Positions 28,423 to 37,423 are shown, counted from the stretch's first letter. The stretch is DNA of 64,000 nucleotides from an uncultured Spirochaetales bacterium (GCA_964413375.1 CAYPSI010000113.1:4664-68663); one strand, 5' to 3'. Notes: a model not told the origin generated them from the sequence alone. A program made the numbers and translations.

Positions 28423-28979
28423 CGGATCAGCACGCGGCTGCCGTCGGCGAAGCCCTGCCGGAAGCGGTCGCGCCAGCGCCCGATCTCCTCGGGGTACTTG
28501 AGCTCGTAGCTGGCGATCAGGCGCTCGAGCAGCGCCGCGTCGTTCACGACCGCTGCCCGCGCGTCGAAGGACGGCGCCTGGCGAAACTCCTGGTTGTGAC
28601 CGACGAGCTGCTTCCAGGTGCCGTGATCGCCAACCCAGATCCGAGCGCGGTCGAGCCCCTGCAGGACGGCGCGCGCCTTCCAGCGCTCGCGTGCGGTGAT
28701 CAGCACCACCGCGCCGTCGAGCCAGCCGAACCAGACTTCGCCGTGGCAGCGGCTCTCCTTGCCATCGGCGCGCAGCGGCGAGACGTAGACGAAGCCGCTG
28801 CGCTCGAGCGCGGTGTCGAGCGCCGGCTCGGCCGCCGCGGCGCGCGCCAGCCCGCGCGGCGCGAGGGCGGCGCCGAGCGCGATCAGCAGGAACTCGCGTC
28901 GCTGGATCAGATGCCGGATCCCTGGTCCTCCTCGTCGACGTGGATTCCGCACTCGCGGGTCTCCGGATCCTCCCACCAC
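28407..28979 (-). CDS. Tat-signal secreted hypothetical protein
   Basis: Twin-arginine motif QRREFLLIALGAALAP...ARAAAA. The start is uncertain. The GTG at 28979 overlaps cysH by 73 nt. A CTG at the cysH stop is the alternative. Confidence 0.6.
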   Translation of the reverse strand: MVGGSGDPRVRNPRRRGGPGIRHLIQRREFLLIALGAALAPRGLARAAAAEPALDTALERSGFVYVSPLRADGKESRCHGEVWFGWLDGAVVLITARERWKARAVLQGLDRARIWVGDHGTWKQLVGHNQEFRQAPSFDARAAVVNDAALLERLIASYELKYPEEIGRWRDRFRQGFADGSRVLIRYTPL

Positions 28980-29683
28980 CAGCGGCCGGCGCGCAAGTCC
29001 TCGCCCGGCGCGATGGCCCGCGAGCAGGGATCGCAGCCGACGGAGGGATAGCCCTGGGCATTGAGGCGGTTGGTCGGGATCTCATGAGCGTGCACGTAGT
29101 CCATCACCGCGTCGTGGGTCCAGTCCGCAATCGGGTTGAGCTTCACGATGCCCCCGTTCACCGGGTCGAACTCGACCTTCGGCACCTCGCTGCGCGTCAC
29201 GTTCTGGTCGCGGCGCAGCCCGGCCACCCACGCGTCGAGAGTCGAGAGATGGCGGCGCAGCGGCTCGACCTTGCGGATCCGGCAACACAGCTGGCGATTC
29301 TCGATGGACTCGTAGAAGAGATTCACGCCCTTGCTCCGGACCATCGCCTCCACGTCCTCGGCGCGCGGGAAGACGACCTCGACCGGCTTGTCGTAGCGCT
29401 CGCGCACGCGGTCGATCAAGTCGTAGGTCGCCTGCGGCAGGCGCCCTGTGTCGAGCATGAAGACGCGCGAATGCGGGTCGATGCGATGCATCATGTCGAG
29501 CAGCACGAGCCCTTCGGGCGCGCCGAAGGAGCACGACAGTGCGATGCGTGGGGCGAAATTCTTGATTCCCCAAGTAAGGATTTCCTGGGCGCTCAACATT
29601 TCGGGCGCCCCAGAGGAGATGAATGACAACGCTTCGTCGTTCAAGGAGTTCTCGGTAGTGCGGGCGCTCGCAGGCATTGCCAT
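28907..29683 (-). CDS. cysH: Phosphoadenosine/adenosine phosphosulfate reductase (CysH family; Cys pattern of the Fe-S APS-reductase type)
   Basis: C-terminal ECGIH motif. It also has the extra cysteine pairs NRQLCCRIRKVEPL and SVGCDPCSRA, which characterise Fe-S-containing bacterial APS reductases. Confidence 0.9.
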   Translation of the reverse strand: MAMPASARTTENSLNDEALSFISSGAPEMLSAQEILTWGIKNFAPRIALSCSFGAPEGLVLLDMMHRIDPHSRVFMLDTGRLPQATYDLIDRVRERYDKPVEVVFPRAEDVEAMVRSKGVNLFYESIENRQLCCRIRKVEPLRRHLSTLDAWVAGLRRDQNVTRSEVPKVEFDPVNGGIVKLNPIADWTHDAVMDYVHAHEIPTNRLNAQGYPSVGCDPCSRAIAPGEDLRAGRWWWEDPETRECGIHVDEEDQGSGI

Positions 29684-29692
29684 GACCCCGTC

Positions 29693-29721
29693 AAGATATC
29701 CGGAACCAGGCGGCCTGCCAA
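29693..29721 (-). promoter_or_regulatory. Candidate sigma70-type promoter for cysH giving a near-leaderless mRNA
   Basis: On the minus strand: TTGGCA, 17 nt, TATCTT, 9 nt, ATG(29683). It lies in an unusually AT-rich 51-nt gap after the folK stop. Confidence 0.3.
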
Positions 29722-29734
29722 ATATTCCACAGTT

Positions 29735-30256
29735 TCAACTCGTAGAATAGTCGAGTGGCCCGAGCCTGCGTACCGCGCTGGGGTCCCGCACCCGGCCGGC
29801 CAGGCTCGCGATGCTCTCACCGCACCCGGGGTGTACGAGATCCGCCGCCAGATCGCACAGCGGCTCGAGCGCGAAGGCTCGCTCGTGCAGCCTTGGATGC
29901 GGCACCACCAGACCGGGCAGCTCGAGCACCAGGTCGTCGTAGAGCAGCAGATCGAGATCGAGGCGTCGCGGCTCGTTGCGCACGCCGCTGCGCGCGCGTC
30001 CCGCGCGCTCCTCGATCGCGAGGAGTTCCCCGAGGAGCGCGCGGGGGTCGAGCCGCGTGCGCAGCTCCACGGCGGCGTTCAGGTACGCCCGCTGCGGCGG
30101 CGGGCCGATCGGATCGGTCTCGTAGACCGCCGACACCGCTTCGACGCGGATCTGTGCGCTCGACTGGAGCGCCTCGACGGCGAAGGCGAGCAGCGCCGCG
30201 CGGTCGCCGAGGTTCGAGCCCAGGGACACGAAGGCGGTCGAGAAGGCTCGGCTCAC
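29735..30256 (-). CDS. folK: 2-amino-4-hydroxy-6-hydroxymethyldihydropteridine diphosphokinase
   Basis: I prefer the GTG at 30256 (173 aa). Motifs: AFVSLGSNLGD, YETDPIG, RWGPR-type segment RNEPRRLDLDLLLY, VPHPRLHERAF. Confidence 0.85.
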   Translation of the reverse strand: MSRAFSTAFVSLGSNLGDRAALLAFAVEALQSSAQIRVEAVSAVYETDPIGPPPQRAYLNAAVELRTRLDPRALLGELLAIEERAGRARSGVRNEPRRLDLDLLLYDDLVLELPGLVVPHPRLHERAFALEPLCDLAADLVHPGCGESIASLAGRVRDPSAVRRLGPLDYSTS

Positions 30257-30287
30257 CCCGCACAGGGTACAGCTACACTTTGCCGCC

Positions 30288-31565
30288 GTGCCGCCCTTCG
30301 AGCAGCTTCCGCCGCGCCTGTGCACGCCGGTTCCGGGCCCCCGCTCGCGCGCGCTGGCCGAGCGGCTGGCCTCGGTCGAGAGCCGCAACGTCACCTGTGT
30401 GCTGCCGACGCCGCCGATCTTCTGGGAGCGGGCGAGCGGCTGCAACGTCTGGGACGTCGACTCAAACCGCTACGTGGACCTCAGCGCAGGCTTCGGCGTC
30501 GCGAACGTCGGCCATTCGCACCCCCGGGTCGTCGCCGCGCTACAGACCCAGGTGCTGCGCCTGCTCCACGCTCTCGGCGACGTGCATCCGGCGGACACCA
30601 AGGTCGAGCTGCTCGAGGCCCTGGTGCGGCGCTTCCCGGGCGGCGGCCCGGCGCGCGCGGTGCTCGGGTCCTCGGGGTCGGACGCGGTCGAGGCTGCGCT
30701 CAAGACCGCGATGATCGCGACCGGGCGGGCCGGAGTCGTCGCCTTCGAGGGGGCCTACCACGGGCTCACGCTCGGCGCGCTAGACGCGACCTTCCGACCG
30801 CTCTTCCGCGATCCCTTCGCCGCGCGCCTCGCGCGCGCCACGCGCTTCGCCCGCTACGGGGACGCCGATGACGCGCTGCGCGAGGCCCGGCGCGCGGAAG
30901 TTCCGATCGGCGCCATCCTCGTGGAGCCGATCCAGGGGCGCGGCGGCGAGCGCATCCCCCCGCCGGGCTTTCTGCGCGAGCTGCGCGCGCTGTGCGACCG
31001 CGAGGCCTGGCTGCTGATCGTAGACGAGATCTACACCGGCTTCGGTCGGACCGGTCGCTGGTTCGCGTGCGAGCACGAGGGCGTCGTCCCGGATCTCTTG
31101 TGCGTCGGCAAGGGGCTCGCCTCGGGAATGCCCCTCTCGGCCTGCATCGGCCGCGCCGAGCTGATGGATCGCTGGCCGCCCTCGCAGGGCGAGTCACTCC
31201 ACACGCAGACCTTCCTCGGCCACCCGCCGGGCTGCGCGGCTGCACTCGCCTCGCTCGCGGTGATCGAGGAGGAAAGGCTCGTCGAGCGCTCCGCGGCGAC
31301 GGGTGCCCGCGCGCTCGCCCACCTGCGCGAACGACTCGCCAGCGCGGCAGGAGTGCGCGAGATCCGCGGGCGCGGGCTCCTGCTCGGGATCGAGTGCGAC
31401 ACCCCGGGGCGCGCCGCGCGCGCCTGCGCCGGTGCCCTCGCGCGCGGCGTGATCGCGCTCGTCTCCGGAGACGACGGCCGTGTGGTCTCCCTCACTCCTG
31501 CGCTCGGCATCGACCCGGAGCTGCTTGGGAGCTGCCTCGATGTGATCGCGGAGGAGCTCGCGTGA
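30288..31565 (+). CDS. Class-III (omega/GabT-like) PLP aminotransferase
   Basis: GTG start. TPVPGPRS opening, GFGVANVGHSHPRVV, GSDAVEAALK, DEIYTGFGRTG and the PLP lysine in CVGKGLASG. Confidence 0.9.
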   Translation: MPPFEQLPPRLCTPVPGPRSRALAERLASVESRNVTCVLPTPPIFWERASGCNVWDVDSNRYVDLSAGFGVANVGHSHPRVVAALQTQVLRLLHALGDVHPADTKVELLEALVRRFPGGGPARAVLGSSGSDAVEAALKTAMIATGRAGVVAFEGAYHGLTLGALDATFRPLFRDPFAARLARATRFARYGDADDALREARRAEVPIGAILVEPIQGRGGERIPPPGFLRELRALCDREAWLLIVDEIYTGFGRTGRWFACEHEGVVPDLLCVGKGLASGMPLSACIGRAELMDRWPPSQGESLHTQTFLGHPPGCAAALASLAVIEEERLVERSAATGARALAHLRERLASAAGVREIRGRGLLLGIECDTPGRAARACAGALARGVIALVSGDDGRVVSLTPALGIDPELLGSCLDVIAEELA

Positions 31566-32659
31566 GCCGGACCCGCGCGCTCCTCGAGGCGGATCTCCTC
31601 AGCTGGATGCGCGAAGACGCCTGGCGCCCCGACGACGCGCGCTTCGCAGGACTGGCTCTCGAGGTCTTCGCGTTCCAGTTCGAGCGCTGCGAGCCCTACC
31701 GGCGCTTCTGCACCCGACGCGCTGCGACACCGGATCGCGTCGAAGACTGGCGGGCGATCCCGCCGGTGCCGACCGGTGCGTTCAAGGAGGTCCCGCTGCG
31801 CTGCTTTCCCGCGGAGCACAGCGTCCGCACCTTTCGCACCAGCGGTACGAGCGGGGCGGCGCGAGGCGAGATCCACCTCGACAGCCTCTCGCTCTACGAG
31901 GCCTCGCTGCTCCCGACCCTTCGCCGCCATCTGCTTCCGGACCTCGCGCCGGGGCAGAGGGCGCTCATCCTGGCACTCGCTCCCCCGCCCGAGGAGGCGC
32001 CGGATTCGTCGCTCACCCACATGTTCGCGACCGCGATCGCGGCCTTCGGGGCGCCCGGGAGCGCCTTCTTCGTATCCGACGGCGCGCTGCGCGAGAAGGA
32101 GCTGCAAGGCGCGCTCGAGGCTGCGGGAGAGGCGCCTCTGCTGGTCGCGGGAGCGGCCTTCGCCTTCGTGCACCTGCTCGACGCGCTCGAGCGCGCGGGC
32201 GCGAAGCTCTCGCTCCCCGCGTCGGCACGCATCATGGAGACGGGCGGGTTCAAGGGGCGCACGCGATCGCTGCCGCGCGAGGAGCTGCACGCGGCACTCG
32301 CCGATCGCCTCGGCGTCCCCACTCGGCGCATCGTGAACCAGTACGGCATGACGGAGCTCGGGAGCCAGTTCTACGACTCGACTCTCGCCGAGCCTGGCAG
32401 CACGCGCCGAAAGCTCGGACCGCCCTGGGTGCGCGTGCGGATCGTCGACCCGGAGAGCGATCGCGAGGTCTCCGCGGGCGGGCCGGGCGCGATCGTCGTC
32501 CTCGATCTCGCCAATCTCGCGAGCGTCTCCGCGATCCGCACCGCCGACCTCGGACGCCGCGTCGGCGACGGCTTCGAGGTGCTCGGGCGCGAGCCGGGCG
32601 CCGAGGAACGCGGCTGCTCGATCGCCGTCGACGAGCTCCTCGGCGGCGCGAGCGGGTGA
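31562..32659 (+). CDS. LuxE-like acyl-protein synthetase / acyl-adenylate-forming enzyme
   Basis: The GTG at 31562 overlaps the aminotransferase stop (GTGA). Motifs: FQFERCEPYRRFC, FRTSGTSG P-loop-like motif, METGGFKGR, VNQYGMTELGSQFY. All are typical of the LuxE/PaaK-like family. Confidence 0.8.
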   Translation: MSRTRALLEADLLSWMREDAWRPDDARFAGLALEVFAFQFERCEPYRRFCTRRAATPDRVEDWRAIPPVPTGAFKEVPLRCFPAEHSVRTFRTSGTSGAARGEIHLDSLSLYEASLLPTLRRHLLPDLAPGQRALILALAPPPEEAPDSSLTHMFATAIAAFGAPGSAFFVSDGALREKELQGALEAAGEAPLLVAGAAFAFVHLLDALERAGAKLSLPASARIMETGGFKGRTRSLPREELHAALADRLGVPTRRIVNQYGMTELGSQFYDSTLAEPGSTRRKLGPPWVRVRIVDPESDREVSAGGPGAIVVLDLANLASVSAIRTADLGRRVGDGFEVLGREPGAEERGCSIAVDELLGGASG

Positions 32660-33936
32660 CGCCCGCCGAGCTGCGGGCGCGGCTCGCGCAGCTGCGCGCG
32701 GCCGGGGCCGAGCTGCGCGCGCGACCGGCCCGGGAGACGCTCGACGCCGTCGCCGGCGTGCTCGATGTGTGGCGCGACCCGGCCTCCGGCGCGCGGGCGG
32801 CGCTCGAGGCGGAGCTCCCCGCGGCGACCGGGTTCTCGCCGGCGATGGTCCGCGAGGGGCTCTCGCGCGCACTGCGGGGATGGAGCGGTGACGCGCTGCG
32901 CGCGCTCGTGGACGCGGAGCTCGGCGGCAGCGCGGCCCTCGACGGAGAGGGATCGAGCGCCGCGGCGGGCTTCGACGCGACCAGCGTGATCCTCGCAGGT
33001 GCGATCCCGATGCCGACGCTGCTGGCTCTCGTCGTGCCGCTCGTACTGCGCTCGCCGGTACTGGCGAAGGCGGCAGCGCGCGATCCGGTGACGCCGCGCC
33101 TCGTCGCCCGGTCCATCGCAGAAGTCGACGCCGGGCTCGGGCGCGCGGTCGCGGTGGTCGAGATCCCGCGCGACCAGGCCGAGCTCGGGGCCGCGCTCCT
33201 CGAGGCCGACTGCATCTGGGCAACGGGGTCGGATGCCGCGGTGGCCGCCCTGCGTGCCCGCGCGCAGGGCGCGCGACGCATCGTGGCCCACGGTCACCGC
33301 CTGTCGCTCGCGCTGCTGGGGCCTGCCGCCGTGAGCGGCCAGGCGCTCCGCGAGGCCGCCAGCGGCCTCGCGCTCGACATCGCGCTCTGGGACCAGCTCG
33401 GCTGTCTCTCTCCGGTGTCGGTGCACGTGGTCGAGGCCGATCCGGGAGCCTGCGATCGCGTCGCGGAGGCGCTGGCCGCAGCGCTCGCGGCAGCGGAGGA
33501 GCGTTGGCCACGCGGGCGGGTGTCGGCGGCCGCGGCCGCCTCGATCGGGGCGGAGCGCGACGAGGCGGAGCTGCGCGCTGCGACGGGTCGCCGCATACGG
33601 GTCTTCGCGGGCCCGGGGACGGCCTGGACGGTCGTTCGCGAGGATGCGCCGGCGCTGCGGACCGCGCCGCTGCACCGCTTCATCCGGGTACACCCGGCCG
33701 GGTCGACCGCTGAGCTCGCCGCGGCGCTGGCCCCCGCGGCACGCCACCTCGCCGGGGTCGCGATCGCGGGTTTCGGCACGCACACCCGGGATGCATCGCG
33801 CACGCTGGCCGCTCTCGGCGCCTCGCGCGTCTGCTCGCCCGGGACGCTCCAGACGCCCCCGCTGGCCTGGCACCACGAGGGCGAGGGCGTCCTGTTGCCC
33901 TTCGCCCGCTTTACCGATGTCGAGGTGGAGGAGTAG
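32656..33936 (+). CDS. LuxC-like acyl-CoA/acyl-protein reductase (aldehyde-forming)
   Basis: The GTG at 32656 overlaps the LuxE-like stop (GTGA). ILAGAIPMPTLLALVVPLVLRSPVLAK, HGHRLS and the candidate catalytic Cys in WDQLGCLSPVSVHV follow the LuxC/ALDH-like pattern. Confidence 0.8.
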   Translation: MTPAELRARLAQLRAAGAELRARPARETLDAVAGVLDVWRDPASGARAALEAELPAATGFSPAMVREGLSRALRGWSGDALRALVDAELGGSAALDGEGSSAAAGFDATSVILAGAIPMPTLLALVVPLVLRSPVLAKAAARDPVTPRLVARSIAEVDAGLGRAVAVVEIPRDQAELGAALLEADCIWATGSDAAVAALRARAQGARRIVAHGHRLSLALLGPAAVSGQALREAASGLALDIALWDQLGCLSPVSVHVVEADPGACDRVAEALAAALAAAEERWPRGRVSAAAAASIGAERDEAELRAATGRRIRVFAGPGTAWTVVREDAPALRTAPLHRFIRVHPAGSTAELAAALAPAARHLAGVAIAGFGTHTRDASRTLAALGASRVCSPGTLQTPPLAWHHEGEGVLLPFARFTDVEVEE

Positions 33937-33949
33937 AGTAGGAGGGGCC

Positions 33950-35470
33950 GTGAAGATCTACCTCGTCACGCCGCGGAACCCTCCGAGCTTCTGGACCTAC
34001 GACACCATCCTCCCCGTCCTCGGCAAGCGCTGCATCTTCCCGAATCTCTCGATGCCGACGCTGGCCGGGCTCACCTCGGACGAGCACGAGGTCGTGCTCT
34101 GCGACGAGAACGTCGAGGAGATCGACTTCGACGTCGATGCCGATCTGGTCGGCGTTACCGGCTACATCATCCACAAGCCGCGCATGCTCGAGATCGTGGA
34201 GGCCTTCCGGCAGCGTGGCCGCTTCGTCGCCGTGGGGGGGCCTTTCGCCTCGCTCTGCCCGGAGGAGTGGCGGGGCCGCTGCGACGCACTCTTCGTGGAC
34301 GAAGCCGAGGAGACCTGGCCCGAGTTCCTGCGCGATTTCGCAGCGGGCCGCGAGCGCGCCGAGTACCGCCCCGACGAGAAGCCCGATCTCACGCGGGCGC
34401 CCGCGCCGCGCTTCGACCTGCTCAAGGTGGAGCGCTATCACGCGCTCACGATCCAGTTTTCGCGCGGCTGCCCCTTCACCTGCGATTTCTGCGACATCAT
34501 CGTCGTCTATGGCCGCAGGCCGCGCGCAAAGACCGTGGCACAGGCGATGGAGGAGATCCGCGCCTGCCACCGCCTGGGCGCGCGTCAGATCTTCATCGTC
34601 GACGACAACTTCATCGGAAACAAGAAGCTCGCCAAGGAGCTGGTGCGCGAGATGGGAATCTGGGGCGCAGAGCGGGGCTGGCCGATCGATTTCCAGACGG
34701 AGGTGTCGCTGAACCTGGCGCAGGACGAGGAGCTACTGCGCTTGATGCACGCGGCAAACTTCACCACCGTCTTCGTCGGGATCGAGAGCCCGCGGCGGGA
34801 GTCCCTCCGGGAATCGGGAAAGACCCAGAACATCCGCGGCGACCTGCTCGAAAGCGTGCGGCGGATCCAGGCGCACGGGATCCAGGTGCAGGCCGGGATG
34901 ATCGTGGGTTTCGACCACGACGACGAGTCGATCTTCGAGGAGCAGCTCCGCTTCATCCAGGAGGCGCGAATTCCCGTCTCGATGACCGGGATGCTCCAGG
35001 CGATGCCGAAGACGCCGCTCCACGAGCGTGTGGCGCGCGAGGGAAGGCTGCTCTCCGCTTCGACGGGCGACCAGTTCGTGTTCTCGAACATCATGCCGCG
35101 GGGCATGAGCCGCCGCGCGCTCTACGAGGGCTACCGCCGCCTCGTGCATCAGCTCTACGACTTCGGCCACTATCGCAAGCGGGCGCTCGCCTATCTGATG
35201 CACCGCGGGCACCAGGTCCACGGCGGACGCAACGTGCGCCGAGGAGACCTCGCGCGGCTCGGGCGCGTGCTCCACGAGACGGTGATCCGCGGGGGTCCGC
35301 GACGCGCGTGGTTCACGCTCTCGTTGCTCGGCGCGACGCTCCTGCGCAGGCCCTCCGTCTTCAAGGAAGCCGTCTCCTTCGCGATCGTTCACAAGGCCTT
35401 CCACAGCTACGTCGAAGCGCTGATTCGAGACCTCGACGCCCGGGTACGGGAACTGCCGGACGCGCGATGA
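33950..35470 (+). CDS. B12-binding-domain radical SAM protein with DUF4070-like C-terminus
   Basis: GTG at 33950 with GGAGG 5 nt upstream. It has an N-terminal cobalamin-binding-like Rossmann domain. The SAM cluster motif is SRGCPFTCDFCDI (CxxxCxxC). The track ORF from 33644 is over-extended. Confidence 0.9.
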   Translation: MKIYLVTPRNPPSFWTYDTILPVLGKRCIFPNLSMPTLAGLTSDEHEVVLCDENVEEIDFDVDADLVGVTGYIIHKPRMLEIVEAFRQRGRFVAVGGPFASLCPEEWRGRCDALFVDEAEETWPEFLRDFAAGRERAEYRPDEKPDLTRAPAPRFDLLKVERYHALTIQFSRGCPFTCDFCDIIVVYGRRPRAKTVAQAMEEIRACHRLGARQIFIVDDNFIGNKKLAKELVREMGIWGAERGWPIDFQTEVSLNLAQDEELLRLMHAANFTTVFVGIESPRRESLRESGKTQNIRGDLLESVRRIQAHGIQVQAGMIVGFDHDDESIFEEQLRFIQEARIPVSMTGMLQAMPKTPLHERVAREGRLLSASTGDQFVFSNIMPRGMSRRALYEGYRRLVHQLYDFGHYRKRALAYLMHRGHQVHGGRNVRRGDLARLGRVLHETVIRGGPRRAWFTLSLLGATLLRRPSVFKEAVSFAIVHKAFHSYVEALIRDLDARVRELPDAR

Positions 35471-35907
35471 GCAGGGGCGGCTCCTTCGCGCGCTTCGCCG
35501 CGCTCGCGCTTCTTCTCGCCGCGGCCCTCGCCGCGGGTGGCGGCGACGCCCGTGCCGCGGAGATCGACTGGACTCCCTTCGCGGAGGAGGACGTGGTCGA
35601 GATCCTGACGGTCGATCCCGACGGCGAGCCGCGCGAGACCAAGGTCTGGGTGGTGGTGGTCGGCGACGCGGCCTACGTGCGGACCAACGACTCGCGCTGG
35701 CTTGCGAACATCCGCCGTGACCCCCTGTTCCGGATGCGCGTACGCGAGCGCGAGTTCCCGCTCCGCGCGGTGGAGGCGACGGAGCGCGAGACGATCGAGC
35801 GCGTCGAGGCGGGCTTCAAGGCAAAGTACGGCTTCATGCAGCGCGTGATGAGCACGCTGCGCCTGCGGGAGCCGACGGTCCTTCGCCTGGAACCCGGTCA
35901 GCGCTAG
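35467..35907 (+). CDS. Small secreted hypothetical protein
   Basis: The ATG at 35467 overlaps the rSAM stop (ATGA). Signal peptide FAALALLLAAALAAGGGDARA. The mature part is about 115 aa, with a weak shared pattern with the 28407-28979 protein. Confidence 0.6.
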   Translation: MSRGGSFARFAALALLLAAALAAGGGDARAAEIDWTPFAEEDVVEILTVDPDGEPRETKVWVVVVGDAAYVRTNDSRWLANIRRDPLFRMRVREREFPLRAVEATERETIERVEAGFKAKYGFMQRVMSTLRLREPTVLRLEPGQR

Positions 35908-35956
35908 AGGGCGGGCGGCCGTGTAGTCTCCGGGATCGTTCTCCCCGGAGGCCCGC

Positions 35957-37336
35957 GTGTCCCCCCTTCGCGCCGAGCTCCGCAAGATGCTGGCCCTTGG
36001 GCTCCCCGTCGCGGGAACCCAGGTCAGCACCATGCTGATCGGCGTGGTCGACGCGATCATGGTCGGGCACGTCAGCGTGGACGCGATGGCGGCCGCGGCG
36101 CTCGCGAACGTATGGATCTGGGCGACTTTCATGTTCGCGCAGGGCATGCTGATGGGACTCGATCCCATCGTCGCGCAGGCCCACGGCGCCGGCGACGGCG
36201 AGCGGGCCGGGCGCGCGCTGCACAGCGGCGTCGCGATGGCGCTGGTCCTCTCGGTGGCGCTCGCACTCCTGTGGCTCGCGACGGAGCGGATTCTGCTGCT
36301 CTCGGGCCAGGACCCGGAGCTCGCCCGGGGAGCTCACCTGTACACGATCGTCCAGATTCCGAGCATCCCCTTCTTTCTCGTCTACACTGCCTTGCGTCAG
36401 TACCTGCAGGGGCGCGAGTACATGCGGCCGGCGCTCTTCGTGATTCTCGGCGCAAACGTGTTGAACGTGCTCTTCGCCTGGTCGCTGATCTTCGGCCATC
36501 TGGGCTTTCCCGCACTCGGCCTCGTCGGCGCCGGGATCGCAGCGTGCCTCACGCGCGTGGTGAGCGGCGTCGGACTCGTTGCGCTCGTCGCCGGCTTCGG
36601 ACTCCACCGGGGGGCCTGGGTGCCCTTCGGACACGGCTCGCTCCGCGCGAGCGACCTGCGCGAAGTCGTGGCCTTCGGCATTCCGATCGCGATCCAGGTC
36701 TCGCTCGAGTCCTGGGCCTTCTCGGGAGCGGCGTTGCTCGTGGGCCACCTCGGGTCCACCGCGCTCGCAGCGCACACGATCGTGCTGAATCTCGCGTCGC
36801 TCTCGTTCATGATGCCGCTCGGAATCTCGCAGGGCGCCGCGACGCGCGTCGGGAACCTGCTCGGGGCAGGCCAGCCGGCTGCCGCGCAGCGCGCGGCCTG
36901 GGTCTCGCTCGCACTCGGTGCGGGCGTGATGGCTCTCGCGGCCCTGGCCTTCGTCGCGTTCCGCGAGGGATTGCCGCGCCTGTACACTCCCGACGTCTCG
37001 GTGATCGCAGCCTGCGCGGCGATCCTGCCGATCGCGGCCGCCTTCCAGATCTTCGACGGGACCCAGGCGGTGGGCTGCGGAATCCTGCGCGGGATGGGAC
37101 GGGTGCGGCCCGCCGTCGCGTTCAACCTGATCGGCTACTGGCTGATCGGTCTGCCGCTCGGGGGCTGGCTCGCGCTGCGCGGCGGCCATGGCCTCGCCGG
37201 CCTCTGGTGGGGGCTGGCCCTCGGGCTCGCGCTGGTGGCCACGTCGCTGGTGGTCTTCGTGGCGCTGCGCGGACCCGGCGTCCAGCCCCGGGGGGAGCTC
37301 GCAGCGGACCCTGCCCGCATCGGTACCGACTCCTAG
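35957..37336 (+). CDS. MATE-family efflux transporter
   Basis: GTG with GGAGG 6 nt upstream. 12 predicted helices. MATE opening LRKMLALGLPVAGTQVSTMLIGVVDAIMVGHV and the second-half repeat LREVVAFGIPIAIQ. Confidence 0.9.
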   Translation: MSPLRAELRKMLALGLPVAGTQVSTMLIGVVDAIMVGHVSVDAMAAAALANVWIWATFMFAQGMLMGLDPIVAQAHGAGDGERAGRALHSGVAMALVLSVALALLWLATERILLLSGQDPELARGAHLYTIVQIPSIPFFLVYTALRQYLQGREYMRPALFVILGANVLNVLFAWSLIFGHLGFPALGLVGAGIAACLTRVVSGVGLVALVAGFGLHRGAWVPFGHGSLRASDLREVVAFGIPIAIQVSLESWAFSGAALLVGHLGSTALAAHTIVLNLASLSFMMPLGISQGAATRVGNLLGAGQPAAAQRAAWVSLALGAGVMALAALAFVAFREGLPRLYTPDVSVIAACAAILPIAAAFQIFDGTQAVGCGILRGMGRVRPAVAFNLIGYWLIGLPLGGWLALRGGHGLAGLWWGLALGLALVATSLVVFVALRGPGVQPRGELAADPARIGTDS

Positions 37337-37423
37337 AACCATCGAGATTTCGCCCGAGAACGCCTTCCGATGCATAGAGGACTGTGCCAGTCCGATATTT
37401 ACAGTACCGCCGGGGTCCGATAT

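Noticed and set aside
29700-29725. TGGCAG-N6-CTGGT upstream of cysH as a sigma-54 promoter.
   Set aside because: - The -12 element is TGG rather than the required TGC.
- The spacing fits poorly.
- The same DNA fits a sigma70-type -35/-10 pair better.
33644-33949. N-terminal extensions suggested by the track for the radical SAM protein (from 33644), bioA (to 23697), the LLM oxidoreductase (to 24557), proS (to 62373) and others.
   Set aside because: - The extensions are Arg/Pro-rich and overlap the upstream genes.
- Conserved family N-termini and RBS-like sequences point to the internal starts listed in the features.
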